Below, piece after piece: positions 12,598 to 26,700 of a DNA stretch of 64,000 nt (positions are counted from its first letter, which is position 1; every line of letters starts with the position of its first letter). The stretch is from Priapulus caudatus. Its lineage: Eukaryota. The notes under the pieces were generated by a model, which was not told where the DNA came from, searched no databases, and saw nothing but the letters and a program-made list of their open reading frames with translations. The DNA is taken from positions 792,526-856,525 of the forward strand of contig NW_014577070.1 of the NCBI RefSeq assembly GCF_000485595.1. The letters are read 5' to 3'. The position numbers were made by a program, and so were the translations under genes.

Positions 12598-13778
12598 CAA
12601 GAATTGGAGCAAATTCCTATGCTCAACACTTGATGGCATGCCTATTGCATATAATTAACTCGTGAAATGCTTCTTATGCTCGTGTGTTATATTAGTATTT
12701 ATTTCAGCCACTTTTAAATCTCTTCTCTGTATATTTCACAATCTCAGCAAACAACCTCATGCTGAGAATGGAATAACACATATTGGAGAGTGATAGTGCC
12801 AGTGCTAGTGCTGTTGATTGATCTGGATGGTGAACTAGAGACAGTGATATTAACAATATTGATTACGTATAGATCAATTCTAACAACATTGACATGGTAT
12901 TAGAGTTACTTTTTACAGGGTCGCCGTTTTTCGTAGGTTTATAGATGTATTGTCGTCTAGTTCTAAGGCAAAACATGTCCCAGGACGGCTATATTTAAGA
13001 CCTGCTAGATCTAGAGTAGTCGTAAGAGTGAGTGTGCATGATTTGTGTGAGATAATAGTGTTGCATGCCTGCCACCTTTCCTTATCCAGGTTGGTTCCAC
13101 ACGTCTCCAAGTTCAAACCCACTCATCAATATACAAAAAAAAGAAGCTGAGCTACGTGTGGGTAACTGTCTCTTAGGCGATTCTGCATGGCATTTGGCTT
13201 GGCTGTCTTTTGGCAGATTTGTTAGTGCAATCAAATTTCCAAAAGATGCCGGGAGGCTTGCTATGCAGAAGTTGTGACGGGAACAGGCACTGCCTAGGAT
13301 ATTCCTTGACCAGGGCCTTAAGATTGTGCAGATATGCATACTTAGCTCGGTCTGCTATATACTTCACCACGGCGAAACAAAAAATACATTTTCAATTTTA
13401 ATTTCACCTGTGCCTGGTAATTAAAGAAAACAAGTTGGCAATGAATGCTACAGTAAGGACAATTCAACCTACTTTTGAGCGTGACCGACAGATGACGTAC
13501 AGGACAGTCGTAAAGCTGTTGTCTTGCTGGCTGTTTGCTACTTTTGCAGTTAGACTGTAACCTAAGAAGCGTTTCGAAGTAGGCTGTATCAAGTTCTGAT
13601 TTAGGAAAAAACACTGGGGATTGTCATTCTGTCCGGTTAATTGACAGTGAAAGTAGCATTCAGTCCGGCTAGCACCACAGACAGTACTGATTCAGACAGT
13701 ATAAACAGCTACAATTACTCTGGCTGCAGCAGGCACTACAACATGTGCGTAATTTTCTTTCATACAATAAAGAAGCAG

Positions 13779-13933
13779 ATGCAGCCCCAGAGTTTACACA
13801 GCCACTCACTAACCAAGTGGTCACAGAAAGCAAGCCAATCACATTGACCTGCAAGGTTATTGGCCACCCAACCCCAGAGGTGACATGGTTTGTGAATAAC
13901 GTGGAAATCACACCAGATACAACTGTGTACAAG
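13779..13933 (+). CDS. Ig domain 4, N-terminal half
   Basis: APEFTQPL..LTCKVIGHPTPEVTW; donor AAG|gtaaat; alternative acceptor at 13773. Confidence 0.88.
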
Positions 13934-14220
13934 GTAAATTCAAACTTCTTTGTAATATCTGTACTGACAGTGATATAATTAGTTATAGTACCAGTGGTAG
14001 GGGTTATCTGGAACCATAGTGAGAGTATTACTCACAAGAGGGAGCTATGGAGGCAAAGCAATACATAATGAATCAAAACAAAGCAATGAAAGTTGACATC
14101 AATGACAAAATAGCTTTTAAAACTTGTTAACATGACAAAAAAGTATCGCAAAAGAAATGAAATGGTATCAGAATATTGTCTGTCCAGTTATAACTGTTTA
14201 TTTATTTTCAACTCTCACAG

Positions 14221-14353
14221 ATATCCCATCCGGATGAAACCACACATGAGTTAACATTGCCTGAGGCTTTCCCTGAAGATGAAGGGGATTACATCTGTAA
14301 GGCTATCAACCCAGCGGGTGAAGCTGTGACCAAAGCCTATTTGACCATCAAAC
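14221..14353 (+). CDS. Ig domain 4, C-terminal half
   Basis: HELTLPEAFPEDEGDYICKAINPAG; cacag acceptor, gtaagt donor. Confidence 0.92.
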
Positions 14354-14755
14354 GTAAGTACTGTAGTGCGACTTGCATGGCTTCATTCTGCATACAATAT
14401 ATATTATGAGTTTTTATAAATATATAGCATGATGTATGTGAGCAACTTTAATGTAAATGCTATTAGGAAGGATAGCACTAACCAGTTGTTTCTGCACAGA
14501 TGTAATCTCAGTAACGTTGTGTGTAGTGTGTTCGTACATGCGTGCACAGGTGCACGTGTGCGTGGGTGTGCGTGGGTGTGCGTTGGTGTGCGAGCGTGAG
14601 TTCGTGCGTGTGTGCGTCTGCATCTGTGTATAATTTAAACATAATTATGTTCACCAATCTAAAGGAATAAATGGACGTGCAATTAGTTGTTAATGCATGA
14701 ATTATACGCAGCCTGCAGTGTGATTTTAGTGTATGCATGTTTGCTTATTTAACAG

Positions 14756-17700
14756 CATGGTTTTGTGAAGAGGAAATTGAAGACAATCTGCATGCTTCCA
14801 GACAGCGAACTGCTAGTTCCTCAGATACTGAACTCACCACATACATGAGCGATGACCACGAACTTGACTCTCATATTGAGGATCTAGAATCAGAAGTTAC
14901 ATCGTCAGAACAAATCGAATACACGCCAGTGGTTTCCCCTGTAAAGGAAATGCCCGATAGTTATATTTCTACTGTGTCAGCTCCCTTGGTTATGACTGAA
15001 GAGGTAGTTGAACTAAACTGCATGTTGCATGATGTCAGGTCAACAGTAATGCATGTCTCGACGAGTGAAGACGCTGGAATCGAAGTGAGTTTAGAAGACC
15101 AACAGCTAGATGTGAATGATGGTCAGGCCCAGCATGATACTGAAATCATATTGTCACATCCCAGGTCATCGAGCTGTGAATTCCTTCATGAAAGTGACTC
15201 ATGCGAAGAAGTTGTAGCCATGTCACCCTCTGAAGTTCAAGATAATAGCTTCACAGATGATAGACCAGTGTCCACCATTGATCCCAGGCCATTGATTGAG
15301 TCTTCCAGCTCTCAACAATTGTACGATAAGGAAATAACCACTCATTCAAAACCTTATGTTGAGACAGTAGTCACTACCACAAGTGTCGAAACAAACCCAC
15401 CCATATTTCAGCTTGCGTTATCAAGGGATGAACAGTTTCGGGGCTACCCAGAGGAGCATCTAACTCTGTATCCAGAGGAATCTGTTGATGTAGAAGTTAA
15501 GATCCCAGCAGCTACTAGCTCACCAGATGATAGTTCTATCCGGAAGGAACCTGTCAAAAGCAGGTTGTCTGATCTCGTATGGAATCCTGACGATAACATC
15601 ATCATCATTGATAAACCCAATCGCCAAACAGACGAAGGTAGAGATGAGCGCATAGGCGAAACCTATGGAAGTTCAGACAGTTCTGATGGAGAGATGGTTG
15701 ACATCTTGGATATTCGCCGAGCATCAAAACTATCCCTGCCAGAGAATATTGGTGCAGTCAAGCTAGAGGAACAGAGTGTCCACTTTGTTCAGCACACCTT
15801 GGTACAATCTGATGTGTCGCACAGAGGCATTGAATCTCCCATAGAGTGTGCTGTCCAACAAGATAACGATTACGCACTAATGGAAATTCCTGACGAGTTG
15901 CTAACATCTTCTCAAGAAAATCTCGAGTGTAATGTAGAAAACTCAGAGTCGGATGGTGAGGAGTTTATCGAAGTGTTAGATATGCGCAGGGCTTCTACGA
16001 TCTCACTCCCTGAGACACCGCCAGCCAGGAAATCCAAAGGGACCATGAATGTGAACCAGTATTCATTAGTGCAGTCAGATATATCAGGATTCGCAAAAAC
16101 AGTGGAAAGCAATGAGTCCGAGACCATTATTACCAGTTCAGGGTCACCCACAGAGGACACATGCCAAGTACCTTTATATGCGATTGAAGAATTGTCTGAG
16201 ACGCATACGAAACATGCTCACATGGACACGACCGATGGAATACCTCACATTAGTGTGAACACTTCCAAAAGAGACGAGGTATTTCTGTCTGTTGATGAAT
16301 GTGTGGAGATGACTGTACTGGCCGTTGTTGGAAGGCCAGCTCAGGTGGCACATGCAGATGTTATCATCCCTGGTGAAGGGGAGGCAAGTGCTGAATGTGT
16401 CATGGTTAAGGAGAACACCATTACTGTCACAGAGGAAGAGTTATCCAGATGGAATCATAAACAAGTAGCTTCTCTCGATGAATTACATTTTCCAAACATT
16501 GTATTGTTAGATGAGTTAACACGTGAAAACGTGACAGAGGAAACTAGCTTGGTTCCTACGACATCGATTCACTTAAGTGAATTTCCAGTTTCCACTGGAT
16601 CGGTGGACACATCAAATATGACAGAGAAAGTAAGCACGTCGGTTGAAGTAACAAGGCAAGAATTCATTACAACTTTGGTAGACAGTTGTGAAGAGAAAAT
16701 GCTGGCACTCTCAAAAGTGCCCGAAGTTAGGCATGAAAGTCACATAATTCCATGTGTGACTGAGATGACAGTTGAGTCACCTGTGGATGTTCATATGACC
16801 GATGATGTTAAGCCAGAAAACTTGAGAGACGACACGCATGATATCAGAATGTCCACCCTGCAGTCATCTGAGATCGCCCTGCACGATTCAGTGTTTCCAA
16901 ACGTTGTCATGCTTGAAATCGAACCAACAGAGAATGTCGCAGTGCCTAGAGGATTAAAGTACAATAAGGATTCAGCATTGAATAATGAAACAGATGGTGA
17001 TGAGAGAATGGCAACATATGATAATGGTTATGCATCACATAAGATTGAGGTTGAACCAAGCAGGGACGAGGAACGTATCTTTGCTATTGACACTGAACTT
17101 TCAAAAGAAGAAATGGTTACACTGACAGCTGATGGCAGTGAGGATGCCATAGTACACGAAGATCTTAAATGTGAAAGCGCATCAGAAGACATTACATTGG
17201 CCGTCACCTCAACATGTGATGATTCTGTGGCAGGTAGCCTTAAAACGAAGCCAACTGAACATTTGAAAACTGAAACCATATACATGTCCGTTGAGGGTGC
17301 TATGCTGACTTGTCACGACGAGAAAACCGAAATGGAAACTATTGACGCATATCATGCTTTATTGCACGACGTTGTTATTCCATTCATAGAATTTACACAG
17401 ACTGTAACACTCGAGGAAGTAAATTCCGCCCTGTTACCTGAATCCACGCACATGAGCGATAGCGGACAGATCATACAGATTCCTGAAGTAAAATTCCCAG
17501 ATGCTGTCACTCTTGAGGAGTTGGGCAGAAGCAAGGAAGACCAAGTAGATGATGTACAATTAGAACACATTTTGTCAATTGTAAGTAATGAATCCTTTGA
17601 CCTCAACGTAACAGATGTCGACGCGAGACATCATGTGGAGACGTCTGAGATGAACTGGGATGAGACGATATTTCCTGATGTGCGGAAAGAAGAAGGAGAC

Positions 17701-20700
17701 GAATTAACCAGAGATGTGTATCTAACTGGGAATGAGTTTCAAGAAGTGTCAGTAGCTGAGGCAATATTTCCTGATGTGCGAGAAGAAGAAGGAGACGAAT
17801 TAACCAGAGATGTGCATCTAACTGGGAATGGGTTTCAAGAAGTGTCAGTAGCTGAGGCAATATTTCCTGATGTGCGAGAAGAAGAAGGAGATGAATTAAC
17901 CAGCGATGTGCATCTAACTGGGAATGGGTTTCAAGAAGTGTCAGTAGCTGAGACAATATTTCTCGCCGTTGAGGAAGCCACAGAAGAAGTATCAAGCAAG
18001 GATGTTGAACAAAGTGTAAAACCCTCTCAAAGTCGCTCAACAGTTGAGAAAAATTTTCCAGCCGATGATGACTTAAACAACATGGAATCGGTGACGGATA
18101 CTGAGGTAACTGCAAAAGGGTTTCAGGAATTTTCCGTTGCAGAGAAAATATTTCCAGCTAGTGAAGAAGACATGTGTACAGACTCAATCAGGGCTGCTGA
18201 ATTAACTGTGGAAAACTTTCAGGAAGTTTTCAAGACGATATCAGACAGAGTAACGGATTCGTCGTGTGATGAACTCAGTAACCAAGGGGGCCTGCAGCTG
18301 GTTGTATCAGAAGATCAACCAAGTGAGAAATCAGATGAAGAAACCTCTATCAAAGAGGAGATTGATGTATACGAATTTGAAGTCAAAATCATATACCCAG
18401 TGCTTGTGGAAGTGAGTACAGAACTGAACATTCGTGATAGCATGGAAGAGAATTTGCCCATTCCTAGCGTAGTTGAAGAGCCTGAGCAAACTACTTCTGT
18501 GGCAGATCAGGTCTCCATTGAAGAGGACCAGAAACAAAGTGAAATACTTGTAGGCGAGAGCACTATAAAAGAAACTGATGCAAGACCAACAGCTATGACT
18601 ATACATTCGTGTCATCCATCATTAGAGAAGACTAATATTGTTCTGACACGTATGGAATTTCCGGAAACTGTAACACTGGAGAGTACAGATACGTTCGGTT
18701 CTATACCAAGATCTGAAGCAGTTGCTAATGAATCATGCGTAGACGATTTAAAACTCAAGCGCATTTCTCCCATAAAGATAAGTGAAGAATTTGAAGTGGA
18801 TGTGGGATATCTCAAAAAATATGTTCCGGCTGAAACACATGACGTATACCTGACTGCGTCGGCACATTCTCCCGATGAGATGACAATAGAAGATGCAAAC
18901 AGAGACGTTGATCTAACAGTGAAAGGGTTTCAGAACCGCTCAGTTGCCGAGACAATATTTGCAGCTGACGACGAAGACAGTGTTGAAACATTAAGCAAGG
19001 ATGTGGAGCTGTCTGCAAGGGGGTTTCAAAAATTCATGCGAGCTGAAACAATATTTCTAGCTGATGACGATAACACACCGGACGAATCATGTGAGGAGGA
19101 CAAGCTCATATCAGAAAAACCCCATGAGCATTCACTTGGCAAAACAACATCCGACTCGGACGTAGAGTCATCAAATGTCAAAAAGGTATGTGAAGAAACT
19201 ACAGCACACTTGGAAGTTTTAGAGGAAATCACCCCAGATACCGATGATGAGAGGGGTTTATCCGAAATTAAAACTACTGCGGCTAATAATGGCATGATGA
19301 AACTGACAAAGACAACAGAATGCGAAATAGTGCCTCTTGCCGAGTTAGATTTTCCAGATGTGATTTTCTTAGCTCAGATCGAGAATGAAAACAAAAGTGA
19401 ATTGACACTAACGAACAGCACAGAAGCCTCAAGACTTGACCTTTGCATTCCACCAGAAGATAGCATTCCTGACACAGAGGGCTCAGCGGATCATGCGGCA
19501 GTTGCCGTATTAGGTGATGCACAGCAAGAACATATGCTAGTTCATAGCATGGCTGAGGATTTGCTGCAGGATTCATCTTATGTATCGCAACAGGTTTCAG
19601 ATGACCAAGAACGACAACAGAATGAGATCACCCTGGAAAACGATAATGTTGTCAACGTTGCTAGCGAGAGAGCAGAGATGAACCCTACGGAGCTATCTCG
19701 TATTTCGCTACACAAAACTCATATTAGTATACCAAGTATCGAGTTCCCAGATTCAATAGTATTGGAAAGAACAGCAACTGTGTCTGCAACCACGCACCCA
19801 CCACTTTCTGTGAAAAGTATTGCGACAGCTAAAGCAGAAAACAAGCACTCGCAAGTAGAAGATGTGCATGCGCAGCACATTTTTCCAGCAAGGGTTAACG
19901 AACAGTTTGATGTAGATGTAAGAGATCTTGACAAACATGTTCGTGTGGAAACATGTGAGATGCACCTGACTGATTCTTTACTTTTGCCTGACGAAGAAAT
20001 TGCAACAGAAGATGCAAACGTTGACCTAACAGTGAAAGGGTTTCAGAACCGCTCAGTTGCTGAGACAATATTTGCAGCTGATGACGAAGAAAGTGTTGAA
20101 ACATTAAGCAAGGATGTGGAGCTGTCTGCAAGGGGGTATCAGGAATTCACGCGGATTGAAACAATATTTCTAGCTGATGAAGATGACACAGCCGACGAAT
20201 CATGTGAGGATGACAAACTCGTAGCAGGAAAACTCCAGCAACATTCCCCTGACAAAACTACACCCGACTCGAGCGTGGAGTCAGCAAAGGCAATACTGAA
20301 TCCTAAGGAAGACATGAAGCCGGATGCATTTGGCGATCAACCAGATATGAAATCAGATGAAGAGAAGTATGTTCAAGAGGAGAAGGATATCTCTGAAGTT
20401 GAAATGCAACACACGCACCAATCCCTTGTGGAAGAAAGTGTTGAGCTGAACATTGACACTACTAACTATATCGATATAGTAGACCAAAGGGACCTTGGTA
20501 CACCTGAGACTAATGTAGTTGACACTGTAGAAGTTGTAGAGACAAAGGCTGTCGATATGCAGTACAGGCCAACAGTGTGCGACACGGCTGAGTTTACATC
20601 ACTGGCTGCAGAATGCTCAGCGTCTGTACGAGAAGAGGTCGACATGGCAAATACGTTGACGATAAGGGAATGTGATATATTTCTTCCTTCGTTCACTGAT

Positions 20701-23700
20701 CAAGATACAGAACATACGGTCAGAAGTGTTACTGCCACTTCACCAGATCAGGTTGATCTACACACTGAGACTGAAGTGGCATTTGAAAGCCTTGCCATCC
20801 CTCAACATGCATCCGAAAGCTATGATGTCTCTCTCAGGCATTTGGAAGCTACATTCAAGGATGCTGACCCCGAAACCTATAGCGTAGAAAAGATATGTGG
20901 AACTGATATCAGTGAGAGTGAGAATCAAACATATATCAATTTGGATATAGAACGTGAAACACCCAGAACAACATTTGATGCCAAACCTGTCCAAAGTTAT
21001 CCCCCTGAAGCAGAACTGGATTTCAAGAGTATAAAAACTGAAGATTCTGTGAGCACAGGTTTGAAATCTGGAAGTGATACCAGTGCACCAAAGTCTAGGA
21101 CTTCTGATCTACAAGTCATAGCAGGGAAAAGCTTAGATTCAGCTTCTGAATCTAACGTAAAATCAGTCGAAGCACCATACCTACTTATCGGGGAGATGGA
21201 TGAGGCATGGGATGTGGCATTGGGTGACAATATCGGTTCAGTGGAGACATCAGAGCATGCTAGCAAAGAAGACAACTTAAGTGTAGAATCACATCACGAT
21301 TATGATCAGCAACCAACTGTGAAATGTGTAGATGTGTGTGGAACACCAAAACCGCTGTTAGAGCCCATACATCCGCCCATAGAAGAGAAGGTAGAAGAAT
21401 ATCTGGCAATTCTCAAGCCTGATAACGGTGCTATCGTGCATGAATACATTAGCATAGCTGATTCATTTCACGTAACACGTCAGCAAGAAACCGTGGAGTA
21501 TGAAAACAGAGAAACTGACATACTGCTGCGTGAGTCAACAGACATTGTGATGAAAATGCAACAGACAGATGAAATACATCCTAAGGGAAATGAAAGTGTA
21601 GACACTGGAGTCCATGATATTCCCAGAGATGAAAACAAATTGGAAACACTAGATGAAAGTAAAGTGAAAAACCTCAGCCGTATAGTTACTGTCATTTCTC
21701 AAACTAATCTCATAGAAACAATATTTCCGGTCGAACTGAACGCTGAACTCTTAGACTCTGAAGTTGAGGTGGAACCACGTACACCAAACCCGACTGCAGT
21801 AAATCAAGTAGATAGTACGAGCATTGAGACGAGAATGCCTGACCAGATTGCGGAATGTAGCAGTGATCTACTGTTACCACACAACGAAGGGAAGACGTGC
21901 ATGAACACCGAATCAAAGGATGCTGAGTCAGACGTAACTGTTGTTCAAGATGAGTTGATAGCCAGTTCGCAGCAAATCTGCCAAGCTGAAGTTTCTGCAG
22001 GAAGTTTTCTTGCCGCATCAGATGAACGTGAGTCGATTGGAGAAACTGCGTTTGTCGTTATTGGGATCAAAGAGTTGTCATCGCAGGCGCTTGAAGTGGC
22101 CATTGTCCCTGAGTCACCCACAGAGACCCCAGAAGACGAAATAGCGCTACAACCAGATTCTAGTACAGTAGACACACTGTTGAGCACTACCACACAGCCT
22201 TCAGTAACTGAGCTGGAAAGTTTCATGGAACCTGAAATATATCAGTATTCGATAGAGGATGTAATTTCAAAAGCTGTTGAGTCATTTGTATCTACAGGAG
22301 ACAAGTGTTCACAATCCAGTCTTTTCGCAAGACTACTAAAGCATTCGGAAGAAAAGAAAAAGGAAGCTGATACAACCGTATTACCTTCGGATGTATGCGT
22401 GCTTCAGGATGATCAAGCTTTACATACGGATAAAGATAAAACAGATAGCACACCTGACGCAGATATACATGAGCATGTGGAGAGCCGTGATGACGTTAAC
22501 GATGGAAATCATACATTACCAGACAACGGAATAGCCCCGATTCAAGAAACAGTTGTAGTGGAGAAGCAATCGGAGATAACTGTTCAGGCCTCGTTGGGAA
22601 GTGGTACAAATGCACGCGATGATCAACTAAATGATGCTGCTTCGGATGACTCTGACGATATGCCTATAGAGGCTAAAGAGAGACTACAAGACCAGGTGCA
22701 AGGCACGACGGTTCATATGATTTCAGAGCAACTAGTTGCAAATCACACCCTGGAATCATTACTGCTCACAATGGATGGAGATGCGTTTGACCAGTTGTAC
22801 AATCGGATAGTGGTGGAAGAAGAGTTCAGTACTGACATGCCCGCTGGCAGTGGCACATGCTGCCCACCATACCCACCACCTTTGCTTGATGACGATGATG
22901 ATGAATATCAACCAATGTATGAAGACGATATCCCAGCCTCTGAACGTACAGAAATCCTTACTGCTGGCATTCAGGAAGAGGAGTTCGCAGCAGATATTTC
23001 CGACATTAGAACTGGATTACGCATGGGCAAATGCTTCAGTGACAAATTGGACACAATACACGAACAAGCAGAAGTGTCCGACGATGCCTCTAGTAGCAGT
23101 CAAGAGTTGACGATACTAACGCATGTCACTGTAGACGTGGAAAAGATGATAGATTTTGGTGACAGTGCAGAGCATAGCGAGGCAGAATCTCAGTCGTCGA
23201 CCGCTGAGGTATCATACATGCTACCACACTTATCTGAGTATGATGTTGTGTTTGAGGTCGACGATGAGGTGAGACAGGAGGTTGTTTCCAGAACACTGAC
23301 TGTGTATGAAAGCAGTATTGGAACGTCATCGGAAGAAGACCTCAGTAGTACTCATGATGACATTACTGTTCAAGTTGAAGAGAACAGCCTCGCTCAAACA
23401 CAAATCAAGGACCTTTGTGAGACGATTGAGGTGTTTGTTGACAATACGACGAGCGAGGAGGACACGTGGCGTAGGACACAATCGGAATCAGAAGAGGATC
23501 CACCATTTTTCCGCGATGAGACACCGGTCCCTATAGAAGGTCACGCGTATGCGATTATTATTGATGATGATCAAGAGTGTGGGGATACCAGTAGCGTGAC
23601 TAGCGAAACTAAGAGTCCAGCTTGGGATGAGCTCAGTCAGATGAGCCTTGTTTCTTACGAAGATGAACCAAGACACTTGACAGGGCATTCTAGGGAAAAC

Positions 23701-26700
23701 CTGTTGAATTTGAGTTTCGAGTTGGAAACAGAAACAGTAGAAAAGACTGAGAGTGAGGTAAATCACGTAAGTGATAACATTACCACGTTGCCCGACCCTC
23801 TCGAGAAATCATCATGCACAGAACCAGATCACGAGTCGGACTCTTCAGGCAGTATGAAGGAAACGTCTACCAGTAATGTCGAAATTGCTGACATATTGTC
23901 TGACATTCAAACAGAAGAGCTAAAGATTCTGGCAGGAAATGATCTCACAGGATTCTGCCCAACTGTGGACACGTATAGTTCAGTTCACTCACACACTCAA
24001 TATACATTAGGTGTCGTACAGTCTGTTGCAGTAGAACTTTCTCCCACTGAACAAGAGCTAACAGGAGTTGATAACCTCGATGGTAAGCTGGCAGGTGAAA
24101 GCACCACATTACAAACTACAGTGGGGAAAGAAGAGGCTCGTGACCCAACAACGGTTTGTGACTCTGATTCCCGGACATTGGAGAATACAAGCTTATCTCA
24201 GTCGAATACCGAAATAACACTTTTTGCAGTGTTACCCAAAGATGAATTTTTCCACGCTACGGAAACAACGCTCTCAACAAGGGATCCGGCTGTTGTAGAT
24301 ATATCCCTTAGTAATACACAGACACCTCATTCTGTGGACCGTTTAGCAGCTTCAGCGCATGTAGAAAAACGTGCAGTCCTCCCGGGAGCACATGAAGAGA
24401 GACATGTACAAGCACAAATGTTGGTGAAACATGACGAGGAGACGGCAAGTGTCAGTTATGAAATGAAAACACACACAGAGGAATACCACGTCGCCTTCTT
24501 TAAACGCTCATATGACGAGATGTCAGCCCATAAATCATTCAAGAAAAAACGAGAAAATGTAAAGCGCAAGAAACCATTTACAGATTCTACTGAAAGCATC
24601 ACTGATGATAGAGATAAAATGCCGTACACTGACATAGCGTCATCATCAGAGACACTTATTGACGAGCATTTCATTGAAGCCTGGCAATCAACGGATACCC
24701 TTGTCGAGGAGCCAGGCATTGTAGCAGTATCATCTATTGACAGTGCCACACCTGTAATAGACTACCACCCTGAAGGAAATGTGGAATACCATATCATGGA
24801 TCCTCAAGATGATTATGTTGGTGTAGCGGAAAGCTCCTCAGATTCTGAATTTTCAATAACAGAGTATGAACATGAGCCTAGAGTGTTTAGAGCAAAATCT
24901 AAAACCGTGGAAGTATCAGTAATCAGATCTGAGCCTCCAGTTGAACAGCAGGCCCCTCCAAAGGCAAAGTCCGGATTTACGAAAGTCCTCGATAAACTCG
25001 TAAACTGGAGCAGAGCTTCACCAGACATACACGAACCAGATGTACAGCAACTACCGCCAGATGTTGTAGACACTACTCATCCTCATGGAAACGAAGGTGA
25101 TCCGAATGACGAAATTGAAACAATCGATTGGGACAAACGAGATGAAAATGCTGTTGAATCGGAAAGACTGTCACTTCTGTCTGAATCACCAATATCATTT
25201 TTCAATGCGTCATGTGGCAGCACTTCAGATTCCGAAGAAAAAGACATGTCAGATTCAGAATATAGCCCTCACACAGATAGAACGACAAAACGAGGAGTTT
25301 CATTTGGAAGGACGGTTGTATTTGAGATACCCCACCGAGACGACGAGTCGTACCTTGTTGAAAGAAAAAGAGAGGTTCTTAGAATCAGCCACTTTGACGC
25401 AATAAAAGTCATGCAACAGTTTCCACATGACCGCCGCTCCCGACTGACACGAGCTGCTTCACAGGAGCTTGGAGACATTATTGCAATCAAGACACCCACA
25501 GCAGAAGGCAGTGAGGACGAAATAGGCTTTGTTGATGCTAGCAGTGACGAGGAAACAGTCATTAAGGCACCGATCTATGTTGAGAGGGCTTACTTTGCCC
25601 CTCTTGCGGTTGATGAAGGCCTCAGTGATTACACCACTAGTGATTACAGTGATGTGGAGCCGGAAGTAAAAATGGCACCGAAGCCCATTAGCATGTACGT
25701 TCCTGCTGAGCATGCGCAGGAAGTTGTAGAGAAAGAATATGCCCTCAGGCGAGCGAGTTATGAGCAACTAGATGAATCTGCTAATGACTCTGATGCATCT
25801 ACTGTAGATGGCAGTGACTACGTAGCCATCATGTTAGATGGAAATGCAATGCATGCTGAGGATGCGGTGCCGTCAGATATCGAAAACACATCTGACTCTG
25901 GTCAACGCACACCAACTCCAGATGATGCTGTTCCCGTGGAAGCTGTAGAGGTGAATACCATCGAAGAAGCTATGGATAGAGGTGATGAGTTTATCATGTT
26001 TTCCTCCAATGATCAGGAACGTCCTCGTGTCTTGAGTATCGCTGAACTAGAGAGTCCGGCACGTACAGCTGAGGATAGTCCATGTGAAGCAGTAGAAAGT
26101 GGGCTAGTATTCACCCCTACTGATGACCGTCAGAACGGTCATGATAAAACTCAAGAGGAGGAGTTGCTGCTCAACAATTTTGAAAGTTGCATAACTGTTG
26201 ACAAGAGTTATGCACCTGTCGCATTGGAGGCACACGTAGGTGTAACGATCTCGGTTACTGACGATGCCTACTCTGACATTCTAGCAATCATGGACAGCAT
26301 TATAGAAAGTGCACTCAGCAACACAACAACACCCACTCACGCCAGATCACTTGAAGAAGATGGGAATGCACAAACAAGCAGACATATAGCTGATAGTACA
26401 GACGTAAACGAAGAGGATGTGTGTCAACAGCCCGATGCAGCTGCTTCAGTTAGAGCTGACATGGAAGAGCATGCACATCTTGAAAAGCCACCAGTGCTGA
26501 ATGAACCAATTACAATACAAAGTGGAGAACTGGAAGTGGCCTGTGTATCTTATGATGAGAGTAGTATGGAAATGAAACTGCAACTACCTGATGAGGACGA
26601 TGCCATTGTAAGAGAGGTTTTGAGCGGGTTAATAGCCTCCGTTGTTGAGGGGACTGACAAGCTCGACAACCTTGTGCTAGCCACATTAAAAGCAGAAGTA

